DNA of 64,000 nt. It comes from Candidatus Magasanikbacteria bacterium RIFOXYC2_FULL_42_28. Lineage in GTDB: Bacteria; Patescibacteriota; Patescibacteriia; Magasanikbacterales; GWA2-37-8. The stretch's first letter is position 1, and each line of letters begins with the position of its first letter. The stretch covers positions 18,917-82,916 of the forward strand of contig MFQZ01000010.1 in NCBI GenBank assembly GCA_001784435.1. The letters are read 5' to 3'. The translations under genes and the position numbers were made by a program. This document shows positions 1-9,148 of the stretch, one piece after another. The notes under the pieces were generated by a model. The model saw nothing but the letters and a program-made list of their open reading frames with translations. It was not told where the DNA came from and searched no databases.

Positions 1-270
1 TGAAAGCGAGTGGAATTTAGCAATTTCCGGTAAGGCATTGGCCACGCCCGGATTGGACAGTCCGACCGCGTTTAAAAAATAATCGTCCGTTCCCATCATG
101 GTGGGATTTTTGTGGCCTGGGCGAGGTTCCAGTGAGATTGATTTGGTAGTAACGCCGCCACAGCCGTTTTCAACCATGTGAGCCAAAGACGCGCCGGTAA
201 CGCCGAGAATGCCGGAGGCGAGGACTATTGGGTTAGAAAAGGTTTTATTTAGAAATGTTGTGTGTAGCAT
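1..270 (-). CDS. pyrD: dihydroorotate dehydrogenase, N-terminal part (gene runs off the window start)
   Basis: Minus-strand translation from ATG at 268-270 gives MLHTTFLNKTFSNPIVLASGILGVTGASLAHMVENGCGGVTTKSISLEPRPGHKNPTMMGTDDYFLNAVGLSNPG, the typical PyrD N-terminus. It lies upstream of the other pyr genes on the same strand. Confidence 0.6.
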   Translation of the reverse strand, partial: MLHTTFLNKTFSNPIVLASGILGVTGASLAHMVENGCGGVTTKSISLEPRPGHKNPTMMGTDDYFLNAVGLSNPGVANALPEIAKFHSLS

Positions 271-278
271 AAGTTGGC

Positions 279-388
279 AATGTCAAATTTCCAATTTCCA
301 ATGTCAAACCAATGTCAAAGCCAAAATGTCAAATTTGATATTGGGATTTTGGATTTGATTGGAAATTGGAAATTTGGATTTTGACATT
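279..388. repeat. palindromic MITE-like intergenic element, copy A (family P1, about 110 bp, imperfect about 30-bp terminal inverted repeats CAAATTTCCAATTTCCAATGTCAAA)
   Basis: Near-identical copies at 8098-8212, 25369-25478 and 48038-48150. Internal TTGACA/TGTCAA hexamers. Sits between the stop of the 391..1338 gene and the pyrD start. Confidence 0.85.
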
Positions 389-390
389 AT

Positions 391-1338
391 TTATACTTTC
401 TTTTCAAATAACCAAAGTATCACCGCCTTCTGCATATGCATGCGGTTCTCCGCTTGGTTGTAAATTACGGAATTTTTGTGGTCAATGGCATCGCGCGAAA
501 TTTCGTAGCCAACATGGCAGGGCATACAATGCATAATGCGCGCGTTGGGCGCATAAGTATCAACCATATTGGCATTGATTTGATAGGGCTTGAATGCAGC
601 CAAGCGACGATCATATTCAGCTTGGTATTCAGGAATAACTTTGCCATCTTTAAAAAATTCCATATCAATCCAAGTGTCGGTGTGAACATAATCTGTGCCA
701 GCGAGCGCTTCTTTTAAATTCAAAACTTTTTTTACTTTACCGGTTGCCTCGCACATTTGGTTTAATTCCGCGTCCACGCTTGGCGCGTTGGCTTCGGGTG
801 CGGCAATCGCAACTTCAATTCCTAATTTTGCGCAAGCAAGTTTTAAAGTATTGGAAACATTATTTTCAATTCCGAGCCAAGTAATCTTTTTTACGTTTTC
901 AATGCCATTAGAATATTCCGACATCGTTAAAATATCCGCGAGCGCTTGGCAAGGATGATATTTTTCCGAGCAAGCGTCGATCACTGGAATTTTATTAAAT
1001 GAAGCAGCAACTTCCACATCGCTGGCTTTCAAAGCGCGGAACATCAAAACTTGCCCATAGCGCATAATCGCTTGAATTTCATCGCGAAAATCGCAAAGTG
1101 ATAATTGCGTATTGCGTGAATCAATGTAAATCGCGTGTCCGCCGAGTTCGGTCATGCCGGCTTCAAACGATAGGCGAGTGCGAGTGGAAGTTTTTTGAAA
1201 AAGCATCAACAAAGTTTGGTTGTGCAAAATATCCACTGCTTCGCCAGCCGTTCGTTTAGCTTTTAATTTTTTCGCGATTGCTAAAATTTCTAGAATGTCT
1301 TCGCGAGTTTGTTCTTTTAGTGAGATTAAGTGACGCAT
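391..1338 (-). CDS. argF: ornithine carbamoyltransferase-family protein (OTCase/ATCase fold)
   Basis: STRTRLSFE carbamoyl-phosphate motif, HPCQ, DTWIDME (the OTCase DxWxSMG region) and HCMP (the OTCase HCLP motif rather than the ATCase HPLP). 315 aa. Confidence 0.75.
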   Translation of the reverse strand: MRHLISLKEQTREDILEILAIAKKLKAKRTAGEAVDILHNQTLLMLFQKTSTRTRLSFEAGMTELGGHAIYIDSRNTQLSLCDFRDEIQAIMRYGQVLMFRALKASDVEVAASFNKIPVIDACSEKYHPCQALADILTMSEYSNGIENVKKITWLGIENNVSNTLKLACAKLGIEVAIAAPEANAPSVDAELNQMCEATGKVKKVLNLKEALAGTDYVHTDTWIDMEFFKDGKVIPEYQAEYDRRLAAFKPYQINANMVDTYAPNARIMHCMPCHVGYEISRDAIDHKNSVIYNQAENRMHMQKAVILWLFEKKV

Positions 1339-1345
1339 ATTTTAT

Positions 1346-1434
1346 TAGTTCATAAATAATAGTTCATAGCCAATAATACAGATGATAAATTACCGAATCG
1401 CTCTATTGGCTTTGAACTATTGGCTATGAACTAT
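1346..1434. repeat. short intergenic repeats of the GTTCATAGCCAATAG family (two copies in inverted orientation)
   Basis: tagttcataaataatagttcatagccaat at 1346-1377 and its reverse complement ctattggctttgaactattggctatgaactatc at 1403-1434. Same motif at 2118-2150, 9101-9131 and 28353-28370. Confidence 0.7.
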
Positions 1435-2643
1435 CTTCACCGGCCACCCTTTTAATTTCCAACCATCAAACGGACTCCAACCGCACTTGGTTTTTAGATT
1501 TTTATTTTTCACAATTTTTTCTAAATCCAAATCCACAATTACCCAATCATTATTTGGTGGTAAATTGAATATTTTTTCAATGTTCAGACGGGTTAATTCC
1601 ACGATTTTTTGTATGGTAATTTTACCCTGATTATACTCGTTTAGCAAGAGCGGTAAATAGGTTTCAATGCCGGGAACGCCGGACGGAGATTGGGGGTATG
1701 GGAGGGCTTTTTCAGCTAAAGTATGGGGGGCATGGTCAGTACCGACAGTATCAATCGTGCCATCGTTTATAGCGCGCCACAAGGCATCTTGGTCGTGAGC
1801 TGTGCGTAAGGGTGGGTTCATTTGCGCTTTTGCGCCTAACAACTCGTAGGCGCTATCGTTGAGGAACAGGTGATGTGGTGTGGCTTCGGCAAAGACAGTT
1901 ACGCCGGCTTGCTTGGCACTGCGAATTAATTCCAGTTCTTCGGCTGTGCTTGCGTGTAAAACGTATAATTTGGTGTGATATTTTTTAGCAAATTCTGCTG
2001 CCTGCGTGACGGCTTTTATGGCAGCTTCGCGGGAGCGGATTTGGGAGTGGTGTTTTACGCTAAGGGATCCCTCCACTGCGGTCGGGATGACAGGGCTTCG
2101 CTGCGCTTCGCCCTGTAAACTATTAACTATGAACTGTTGGCTATTGGCTCGTATTATTTCATCATCCTCAGCGTGTACGGCTAATACCAAATTCAACTCT
2201 GCGCATTTTTTGAAAATTTTTTCTTGGGCGGAAATTTGTGACACTAATAGATCGCCAGTGGATGAGCCGACGAACATTTTGACGCCAATAATTTCATTCC
2301 TTACCTTATCAATTTCAGCCAGATTTTCCGCGGTGGCACCGAAATAAAAGTAGGGTCGGATTGGCTGGCAGGATTGCGCCAACAATTTATTGACGGCGGA
2401 TTTTTTTTGTTTTAATAATTCAAAAGTGCTTATCCCCGGCATGTTATTAGGCATATCCAATACTGTGGTAACGCCTCCGGCCACGGCCGCACCGGTCGTC
2501 CAATCTTCTTTATGTTCACCACCCGGCACGCGAAAATGGACGTGAGGGTCAATTAACGCTGGCAGTGCCAACAAATTTCGGTTAGAAAATTCCGCTGGAA
2601 AATCACATTCAATGTATTTATTATCCCAAGTTTTAATCTTCAT
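1417..2643 (-). CDS. pyrC: dihydroorotase, carrying an in-frame roughly 30-aa repeat-derived insertion
   Basis: DPHVHFR metal-binding N-terminus, DHAPH, AEDDEII and VLHASTAEELELI blocks typical of DHOase. Lies between the carbamoyltransferase and pyrI/pyrB. Confidence 0.85.
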   Translation of the reverse strand: MKIKTWDNKYIECDFPAEFSNRNLLALPALIDPHVHFRVPGGEHKEDWTTGAAVAGGVTTVLDMPNNMPGISTFELLKQKKSAVNKLLAQSCQPIRPYFYFGATAENLAEIDKVRNEIIGVKMFVGSSTGDLLVSQISAQEKIFKKCAELNLVLAVHAEDDEIIRANSQQFIVNSLQGEAQRSPVIPTAVEGSLSVKHHSQIRSREAAIKAVTQAAEFAKKYHTKLYVLHASTAEELELIRSAKQAGVTVFAEATPHHLFLNDSAYELLGAKAQMNPPLRTAHDQDALWRAINDGTIDTVGTDHAPHTLAEKALPYPQSPSGVPGIETYLPLLLNEYNQGKITIQKIVELTRLNIEKIFNLPPNNDWVIVDLDLEKIVKNKNLKTKCGWSPFDGWKLKGWPVKIVHSQ

Positions 2644-2647
2644 AAAT

Positions 2648-3121
2648 TTAGGCGCGGTGATATTCTTTTATATCTTCTTGTTTAAAAGTTCTTTCGCAGT
2701 AGTGGCATTTAAGTGACACACCCTGTTTATTTTTTTGAGTATGAAAAAGCGAATCCATCGATTCATTATTCGTAATACATTTTGGATTTGGGCAAACCAC
2801 CAGACCGGAAATTATTTCGGATAGTTCCACTTGATATTTTTTTACCACTTTGAAATCTTTAATTATGTTGATTACCGCGCTGGGAGAAAATATCGCGGTT
2901 AAGTTGGCTTTGCTTGGCGTAATTTCCCAATTGGCCAGTTTGATAATATCTTTTTTGCCACTGGTTTTGCTTGGTAGATGCATGCCGATGGTAACAACAT
3001 TGTCGTGATTTTCAACGCCTAAAATTGATAATATTTTTAGGGCCGAGCCGGCTTTGGCATGGTCAATCACCGTGCCGTTTTTAATGGCGGAAACAAGTAG
3101 GGTGCCAGTTTGTTGTATCAT
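2648..3121 (-). CDS. pyrI: aspartate carbamoyltransferase regulatory subunit
   Basis: C-terminal zinc domain CPNPKCITN...LKCHYCERTF. ATG at 3119-3121 (MIQQTG...) one nt after the pyrB stop. The ORF track's longer form overlaps pyrB and is not used. Confidence 0.85.
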   Translation of the reverse strand: MIQQTGTLLVSAIKNGTVIDHAKAGSALKILSILGVENHDNVVTIGMHLPSKTSGKKDIIKLANWEITPSKANLTAIFSPSAVINIIKDFKVVKKYQVELSEIISGLVVCPNPKCITNNESMDSLFHTQKNKQGVSLKCHYCERTFKQEDIKEYHRA

Positions 3122-3122
3122 A

Positions 3123-4043
3123 TTAAATAGCGTTAAGAACGAGCGCCAGTAGGGCCTGGCGGGCGTATAAACCGTTTTCCGCTTGCTCAAAATAGTAGGC
3201 ATGCGGAGTTTTATCAACGGCGTAGTCAATTTCATTGACGCGTGGTAGAGGATGCAATATTCGCAAATTCTTTTTAGCATTTTTTAAGTCCGCGACTGTC
3301 AATCGATAAACATCCTTCACGCGGTTGTATTCCATTTGGTCGGGAAATCTTTCGCCTTGAATCCGGGTCATGTATAAAACATCCAATTTGGGAATTATGT
3401 TTTCAAAACTTTCGTGTACACTAAATTTAATTCCTTTTTCACGAAGTTCAGTTAATAAATATTCAGGCATGGCCAAACTTGGTGGCGCGATAAAATACAA
3501 GCGCGCATTAAAATGGGTGAGTGCTTGCGCGAGCGAGTGCACGGTTCGGCCGTATTTGAGGTCACCCATCATGGCAATTGATAAATTATTTAATTTTCCT
3601 TGGGTTTCTTTAATGGACATTAAGTCCAAAAGCGTTTGGGTTGGGTGTTGGTTGGCGCCATCGCCACCGTTAATTACCGGTTTATCAGTGGCTTCGGCCG
3701 CGCGTCTGGCGGCACCTTCAAGTGGGTGGCGCATCGCAACAACATCTACATATTGACCGACAATTTTTATTGAATCGTAAAGTGTTTCGCCTTTTTTTGC
3801 AGAAGTGACGCCAGCATCGGCAAAGCCAACTACTTTTCCGCCCAGTCGTTGCATGGCGGTTTCAAATGAAAGGCGAGTGCGGGTGGATGGCTCAAAAAAA
3901 CAACTGCCCATGACTTTACCGGCAAGCAAATTCGGTTGTGGTTTCTTTTTTAATTCCAGCGCGAGTTTGACTATGGAATTTATTTCTGCCGGTGTCAATT
4001 CGTTTATCGAAATGATGTCACGGCCTTTTAGGGTGGAGAACAT
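3123..4043 (-). CDS. pyrB: aspartate carbamoyltransferase catalytic subunit
   Basis: [13 protein letters not shown] and HPLP motifs. Start taken as [16 protein letters not shown] (ATG at 4041-4043). The upstream in-frame ATG at 4115 would read through a hairpin plus T-run leader. Confidence 0.85.
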   Translation of the reverse strand: MFSTLKGRDIISINELTPAEINSIVKLALELKKKPQPNLLAGKVMGSCFFEPSTRTRLSFETAMQRLGGKVVGFADAGVTSAKKGETLYDSIKIVGQYVDVVAMRHPLEGAARRAAEATDKPVINGGDGANQHPTQTLLDLMSIKETQGKLNNLSIAMMGDLKYGRTVHSLAQALTHFNARLYFIAPPSLAMPEYLLTELREKGIKFSVHESFENIIPKLDVLYMTRIQGERFPDQMEYNRVKDVYRLTVADLKNAKKNLRILHPLPRVNEIDYAVDKTPHAYYFEQAENGLYARQALLALVLNAI

Positions 4044-4053
4044 AAATTTGTTT

Positions 4054-4079
4054 AAAAAAAGTCCCGACTGAGTCGGGAC
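4054..4079 (-). promoter_or_regulatory. leader hairpin GTCCCGACTGAGTCGGGAC followed by U7, 11 nt before the pyrB ATG (attenuator-like; copy of the TCCCGAC-TNA-GTCGGGA palindrome)
   Basis: Perfect palindrome at 4061-4079 and an A7 run at 4054-4060 on the plus strand (a U-run on the pyrB sense strand). A possible promoter TTGCAA-17-TACACT lies further upstream on the minus strand (about 4135-4165). Confidence 0.5.
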
Positions 4080-4368
4080 TAAATAATAAATAATGAAAAT
4101 GCCAATCTTTGGCATCGTGAATGGATGTAAAAAAGGTATTGATCATATCGGGATTAGTGTAGCATTTTTGGAGTTGGTTTGCAAATGGATTTTTGGGTTT
4201 ATCCACACCTTATCTTGACAATATTATATAATTATGGCACAATATAACTAAGAAAAAGGCTTTTGGCAGGGGTTTATATATCACAACGTCGAAGGTCTTT
4301 TTTTGTTTTTATTCTTAGCTTCCACAAGAAATTTACAAAGTTGTATTTTGTCAATCATATTTTTTTGT

Positions 4369-5991
4369 TTATTTCATCTTCTCCCGCAACAACTTCTCCG
4401 CCACCACCGGATCCGCCGCCCCTTCGGTCGCTTTCATCACCATTCCTTTTAAAAACTGTAACAGCGGTTCTTTGCCCGCTTTAAATTTGGCTACCTGTTC
4501 GGGATGGGAAGCGATGACGTCGTCCACAATTTTGCCGAGCGCGCCCTCATCACTCATCTGGCCATAGCCCTTTTCTTCCATAATGTGCGTTGGGTCAATA
4601 TCGGTATTGGCATCTAACATTTCATTTAGGATTTTGGCAGCGTTCGTGGAATTAACACGTCCGGTGTAAAACAACGCCAGCAATTCCGAAAAATTTTCTG
4701 CCGATAATTTCAAAATCCGAATATCAATTTTGCGCTCGGCCATGGCACCCATCAATTTGGAGGTGAGCCAGTTACCGGTTAATTTTGCTAATGCTGATTT
4801 TTTATTATCTAAAATCTCCGAAGTAGTTTTTTTATTTTCGGGCTTGCCCGGCGTAGTCCCACTTGGTGGGACGGAGACGGGTAGAGAATGCAACCACTCC
4901 ACCAAATCCGAATAAACATCTTCGGCATAAGTCGCCCAGTGCGGGTCAGTGGCTAAAATCGCGGCGTCGGCATAAGAAAAACCGTATTCTTCGTGAAAGC
5001 GGGCGCGTTTTTGGGCTGGCAATTCCGGTAATTCAATATTACCGGCAATTTTGGCAGGATTAAAGGGTGGAATATCGGGCTCGGGAAAATAGCGATAATC
5101 AGCCGAAGTTTCTTTAATTCTTTGCATGACAGTTTCGCCTTTGTCATCACTCCAACCGCGGGTCTGTTGGGACCAGGCCTCACCTTTTTCAATCATTGCG
5201 GTTTGGCGTTTGATTTCAAAATCAATCGCTTTTTCAACTGCGCGGAAAGAATTAATATTTTTTACTTCCACTTTATTATTCAATTTATAATCACCGATTG
5301 GTTTAATAACCCCGGCTTCATCAACAAATTTTCCGGTTTCTTGCACCGACACATTGGCCTCACAACGCATTTGCCCTTTTTCCATGTCCGCGTTACTTAC
5401 GCCCAAATAGCGGAAAATTGTTTGTAATTCTTGGCAATAGGCCTTGGCTTCTATCCCGCTTTGAATATCCGGGTCGGAGACAATTTCCACGAGCGGGACG
5501 CCAGCGCGATTAAAATCCACGAGGGTTTCCCCCTCCTGCCCGAGGAGGGGCGAGGGGTGGTGGGAGGCGCCGTGGGTTAATTTGGCCGTGTCTTCTTCCA
5601 TGTGGACACGCGTGATGCCGATGCGGGCGGTGTCGCGGTGGTTTTTTGAAGTGATTAAATTTAAAACAATCGCGCCGTGTTCGCCGACCGGTTGATCAAA
5701 TTGGGAAATTTGATATGCTTTTGGCAAATCCGGATAAAAATAATGTTTGCGGTCAAATTTACTTTCGGTAGCGATTTTACAACCCAAAGCAGTGGCAATT
5801 TTAACAATATCGGTAAGAGCAGTGGCGTTTGGCACGGGTAAAGTCCCTGGGTGGGCGAGGCAGACGGGGCAAATGTTAGTGTTAGGCGCGCCGTGGTCCG
5901 GATCATTTTTACACGCGCAAAACATTTTGGATTTGGTTTTCAGTTCCACGTGGATTTCCAGGCCGATGATGGTGGTGTATTTGGGTGTCAT
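4369..5991 (-). CDS. gatB: aspartyl/glutamyl-tRNA amidotransferase subunit B
   Basis: N-terminal YTTIIGLEIHVELKT, NRAGVPLVEIVSDPD, DYRYFPEPDIPP and a C-terminal GatB/YqeY-like tail. Contains a roughly 14-aa GC-rich insertion (ASHHPSPLLGQEGE). Confidence 0.9.
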   Translation of the reverse strand: MTPKYTTIIGLEIHVELKTKSKMFCACKNDPDHGAPNTNICPVCLAHPGTLPVPNATALTDIVKIATALGCKIATESKFDRKHYFYPDLPKAYQISQFDQPVGEHGAIVLNLITSKNHRDTARIGITRVHMEEDTAKLTHGASHHPSPLLGQEGETLVDFNRAGVPLVEIVSDPDIQSGIEAKAYCQELQTIFRYLGVSNADMEKGQMRCEANVSVQETGKFVDEAGVIKPIGDYKLNNKVEVKNINSFRAVEKAIDFEIKRQTAMIEKGEAWSQQTRGWSDDKGETVMQRIKETSADYRYFPEPDIPPFNPAKIAGNIELPELPAQKRARFHEEYGFSYADAAILATDPHWATYAEDVYSDLVEWLHSLPVSVPPSGTTPGKPENKKTTSEILDNKKSALAKLTGNWLTSKLMGAMAERKIDIRILKLSAENFSELLALFYTGRVNSTNAAKILNEMLDANTDIDPTHIMEEKGYGQMSDEGALGKIVDDVIASHPEQVAKFKAGKEPLLQFLKGMVMKATEGAADPVVAEKLLREKMK

Positions 5992-6061
5992 ATTTTAATT
6001 AAAAACTGGCAGATTATTTCTACCAGTTTAACAGTTTTAGGAAGTTTTGGCAAATTTATTT

Positions 6062-6814
6062 TTAGACAGTGGGAGGGATAGAGTTGACCGGGTTGGCCTT
6101 TAAATTTTCGTATAAAATCAGGCCGGTGGCGATTAATAATGGTAATATTAAAAGTCCAATTATCCGATCAGCAAAACCATTGGCAATTTGCAACTGGATG
6201 ATACTGATATCCGGAAACCAAAATATTATTTGCTTTATAAGCCATTGTAAAAATCCGCCGATGACGGTAAATAATACCGTGGGGGCAAGTAGGCGCCAGA
6301 GTACGGCCCACCAGCGGTTGGTCGCCAGATTTTTGCTCATTTTCATGGCGGTCGTTCCTCGTTCGCCGTCAGCCACGAGCGCATATAAACTAAAATGATA
6401 CCAAACCATGAAAATTATTCCCGGGATAACAAACAATAATGCCCCAACCAAAGTGATTAGTCCGGTTAGAAAAGAAATCCATATTGCCGGTAATATTATT
6501 TTTCCGGCCAGATTTAAGTTGTTCTTAACGCCGGCGATAGGGGCGTTTTTTATAATTTGATCAAAAGTTTTAATCAGCCCGAGGTAAGCCCAAAATGATA
6601 CTAATAATCCAATTAGATATAGCATGGCTAAAATTATATCATCCCAAGTAACGTTGGTAATGGAATTTACCTCCAAACTGATAGTCGCGAACGCGAGCAT
6701 CGCCAAAATAACGGCGGGCGCGAGTGAAATGATTAGATATGCCCAGATCTGTTTAAAATGTTTCAAATACAACGCGGTGCTTTGTTTAATTATGTCGGTG
6801 GTGCTAATAAGCAT
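6062..6814 (-). CDS. polytopic membrane protein, unknown function
   Basis: 250 aa with at least six hydrophobic helices and no recognisable catalytic motif. Confidence 0.5.
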   Translation of the reverse strand: MLISTTDIIKQSTALYLKHFKQIWAYLIISLAPAVILAMLAFATISLEVNSITNVTWDDIILAMLYLIGLLVSFWAYLGLIKTFDQIIKNAPIAGVKNNLNLAGKIILPAIWISFLTGLITLVGALLFVIPGIIFMVWYHFSLYALVADGERGTTAMKMSKNLATNRWWAVLWRLLAPTVLFTVIGGFLQWLIKQIIFWFPDISIIQLQIANGFADRIIGLLILPLLIATGLILYENLKANPVNSIPPTV

Positions 6815-6819
6815 ACGAT

Positions 6820-7524
6820 TTAAGTTAAAATTTGTTTTAGAAGCGCGGTGGCCTCTGCTTTCATTATACCAATTTTTGCGTTTCCGTTCAACTGGTGGAT
6901 GGCTGTGCCACGCTTTATAAAAATTTTTTTAAGTTCAGTCCCAAAAAATTGGCGGTGAGATTTTTTTAAAAATGGCAGGTTTTCAAAAATTACGTTATCT
7001 TGTTTTTGCGCTCGGCCGGATAATCTTTGGGCCGAAGTGGTCGGATTGGTTTTTACTAAAATTAAATGGTCAGGGCGATGGGTTAGCGCCAAATTATTCC
7101 CGGGCAGAGCCGATATTTTTTTCATGGTGAAATTTTTGTGGGCTAGCGATTGGTAGGCGAGCGAGGTGGAGATACCGCGGTCTTGGATAATTACTCGGCC
7201 GTCTTTAAGCAAAGGAATAATAATTTTGGTGTAGAGAATTAAACGATCGAGCGCGTAGGCCTCGGCCACGGCTTCAACCGGGTAGGTCGTGCCGTTTTTG
7301 ATAAGTTCATCTCGAATTACCGCGCCTACGCCGGCGTAAGTTGGCTCGGCCGAAAAAATAAAATCATAGCCGTTAAGTTCGGATAATTTTGGGTATTCTC
7401 CGGTTTTTTTTAAATATTCTTTTAAATCAAAAATCGCGTTGCCTTGAGCAACTAAATATTTTTTCCAAGTTTCAATAACAGTGCTTTTGCCAGAGCCGTC
7501 GATGCCGTCAATCAATATTAACAT
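6820..7524 (-). CDS. tmk: thymidylate kinase
   Basis: P-loop LILIDGIDGSGKST, and DRGISTSLAYQS matching the dTMP kinase DRYxxSSLAYQG lid motif. Confidence 0.75.
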   Translation of the reverse strand: MLILIDGIDGSGKSTVIETWKKYLVAQGNAIFDLKEYLKKTGEYPKLSELNGYDFIFSAEPTYAGVGAVIRDELIKNGTTYPVEAVAEAYALDRLILYTKIIIPLLKDGRVIIQDRGISTSLAYQSLAHKNFTMKKISALPGNNLALTHRPDHLILVKTNPTTSAQRLSGRAQKQDNVIFENLPFLKKSHRQFFGTELKKIFIKRGTAIHQLNGNAKIGIMKAEATALLKQILT

Positions 7525-7530
7525 ATTGAA

Positions 7531-7628
7531 AATTCTAAGTTCTAAACTCTAAATTCTAATCGATTTGAATTTGTAATTTTAATATTTGGGTTTGTTTAGA
7601 TTTTAGTATTTAGAGTTTAGAGTTTCTC
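7531..7628. repeat. palindromic heptamer-based spacer (TTTAGAG/TTCTAAA family), copy 1
   Basis: aattctaagttctaaactctaaattctaat ... tttgtttagattttagtatttagagtttagagttt: two arms built of 7-mer repeats in inverted orientation. It extends a few nt into the folA 3-prime end. Confidence 0.7.
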
Positions 7629-8092
7629 GTATATATCACAAAATCAAAACCAGCGTGTGGTTCGCGGGCAATTTCTTTCCAAAGCGCGGGATTAATTATT
7701 GGAAAGAAGGTGTCGCCATCCGGAGATTGGTGGACGTGAGTAATATATAATGTATCCACGCGGTCAATTGTTTGTTTGTAAATACTCGCGCCACCACAGA
7801 TAAATACATCTTCGTTTTTTAATTGCGCGAAAGCGTCATCAAGCGAATTAAAGACGCGTACGCCGTCTGGCACTTGGTAATCTTTGTTTAAAGTCAGCAC
7901 CACTGTTTTTCGTCCTGGCAATGGCTTGCCTAAGTATCCTAAAATTGATTCATAAGTGGCTTGTCCCATTAAACAAGTTTTTCCCAAAGTGGTTTTTTTA
8001 AAAAACGCAAAATCTTCCGGAATATTCCACGGGATTTTGTTGTTTTTGCCAATGCAGTTATTGTCGGCGACGGCGGAAATGAGAGAGAACAT
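7610..8092 (-). CDS. folA: dihydrofolate reductase
   Basis: MFSLISAVADNNCIGKNNKIPWNIPEDFAFFKKTTLGKTCLMGQATYESI is the canonical DHFR N-terminus. ATG at 8090-8092. The ORF-track extension MEIGNLDFEIIN is translation of repeat copy B. Confidence 0.9.
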   Translation of the reverse strand: MFSLISAVADNNCIGKNNKIPWNIPEDFAFFKKTTLGKTCLMGQATYESILGYLGKPLPGRKTVVLTLNKDYQVPDGVRVFNSLDDAFAQLKNEDVFICGGASIYKQTIDRVDTLYITHVHQSPDGDTFFPIINPALWKEIAREPHAGFDFVIYTRNSKL

Positions 8093-8097
8093 GTTGA

Positions 8098-8212
8098 TAA
8101 TTTCAAAATCCAAATTTCCAATTTCCAATCAATGTCAAAGCCAAAATGTCAAATTTGATATTTGTAATTTGGATTTGATTTGACATTGGATATTGGAAAT
8201 TTGACATTTATT
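8098..8212. repeat. palindromic MITE-like element, copy B (family P1)
   Basis: aaatttccaatttccaatcaatgtcaaagccaaaatgtcaaatttgata...tttgacattggatattggaaatttgacattt. Sits between the thyA stop and the folA start. Confidence 0.85.
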
Positions 8213-8221
8213 TAGTAAATT

Positions 8222-9094
8222 TTAAACAGCAATTGGGAATGAGATTTTAGGATGGCTCTGATAACTCATCAATTCCGTATCCCCATATTGCCAATCAAAA
8301 ATATTCGTGAATTTTTCGGTTTTAATCTGGGGCAGGGGATAGGTATTTGGGTCGCGGGTAAGTTGTTCGCGTACGCCGTCAACATGATTTAAATATATAT
8401 GGGCATCTGCCAAAAAGCCGACCAATTTTCCTTCTTTTAAATTACATTCTTTGGCTAGTAAATGTAAAAGCAAAGCATAGCTTGAAATATTAAACGGCAA
8501 ACCAAGCATCGTGTCTACCGAGCGTTGATTCCAGAGTAAATTTAGTCGGCCGTTGATTACCGTCACTTGAAAACCATAATGGCAGGGTGGCAGAGCCATT
8601 TCACCAATTTGACAGGGGTTCCAAGCCATCACAATCATCCGACGATCGCTCGGATTGGTTTTAATAGTTTCAATTAATTTTTTTAATTGGTCAACACCGG
8701 TATCAGCATAATTGGAATCAAAATTTTCGTAAGGCGCGTTAAAATGTCGCCATTGAAAACCGTAAATCGGACCCAAATCGCGTTCGGCTGCCATTTTTTG
8801 TTTGGTGGCTTCGTCGTGGGCGTAAGGTACTTTTTTAGGTGAGCACCATTCATCCCAAATATGGCAGTTTTTGGCTTTGAGCCACTCTTTGTCCGTCAGG
8901 CCTTTGATAAAAAACTCCAATTCCGCGGCCATTACTTTAAATGGCATTTTTTTGGTTGTTAAAAGCGGATAACCGGTCGCCATGTCATGTTCAAAATACG
9001 CGCCGGCAATCGCGAGCGTGCCGGTGCCGGTGCGGTCGGTTTTGGTTTCGCCTTTTTCCAAAACGGTTTTGACGATGTTTAAATAGGATTGCAT
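8222..9094 (-). CDS. thyA: thymidylate synthase (ThyA type)
   Basis: MQSYLNIVKTVLEKGETKTDRTGTGT, HLLAKECN and the long-insert ThyA form. ATG at 9092-9094. The upstream extension translates the GTTCATAGCCAATAG repeat. Confidence 0.9.
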   Translation of the reverse strand: MQSYLNIVKTVLEKGETKTDRTGTGTLAIAGAYFEHDMATGYPLLTTKKMPFKVMAAELEFFIKGLTDKEWLKAKNCHIWDEWCSPKKVPYAHDEATKQKMAAERDLGPIYGFQWRHFNAPYENFDSNYADTGVDQLKKLIETIKTNPSDRRMIVMAWNPCQIGEMALPPCHYGFQVTVINGRLNLLWNQRSVDTMLGLPFNISSYALLLHLLAKECNLKEGKLVGFLADAHIYLNHVDGVREQLTRDPNTYPLPQIKTEKFTNIFDWQYGDTELMSYQSHPKISFPIAV

Positions 9095-9100
9095 ATTTTT

Positions 9101-9131
9101 TAGTTCATAGCCAATAGTTCTTAGCCAATAG
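9101..9131. repeat. GTTCATAGCCAATAG-family repeat
   Basis: tagttcatagccaatagttcttagccaatag, immediately upstream of the thyA start. Confidence 0.7.
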
Positions 9132-9148
9132 GACAGCGACAAGTTTGT

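Noticed and set aside
4263-4484. 73-aa plus-strand ORF (Pro/Ser-rich) between pyrB and gatB, and the small antisense ORFs listed throughout (for example 13681..13902, 35053..35448, 40474..40977)
   Set aside because: These are low-complexity or antisense to well-supported genes. They lack start-site context and any motif. They are typical six-frame noise.
7531-7628. CRISPR array suspected from the regularly spaced short repeats in the TTTAGAG spacer regions
   Set aside because: The units are 7-8 bp and directly adjacent with no unique spacers of constant length. Copies are scattered between housekeeping genes. No cas genes are present.
8093-8128. N-terminal extensions MEIGNLDFEIIN (folA) and MTFDIVLEIGNLDFEIII (pilB, 25425-25478), and MSLSYWLRTIGYELKN (thyA, 9095-9142)
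   Set aside because: These peptides are translations of the dispersed repeat elements (family P1 and the GTTCATAGCCAATAG family). Conserved protein N-termini begin at the internal ATGs.
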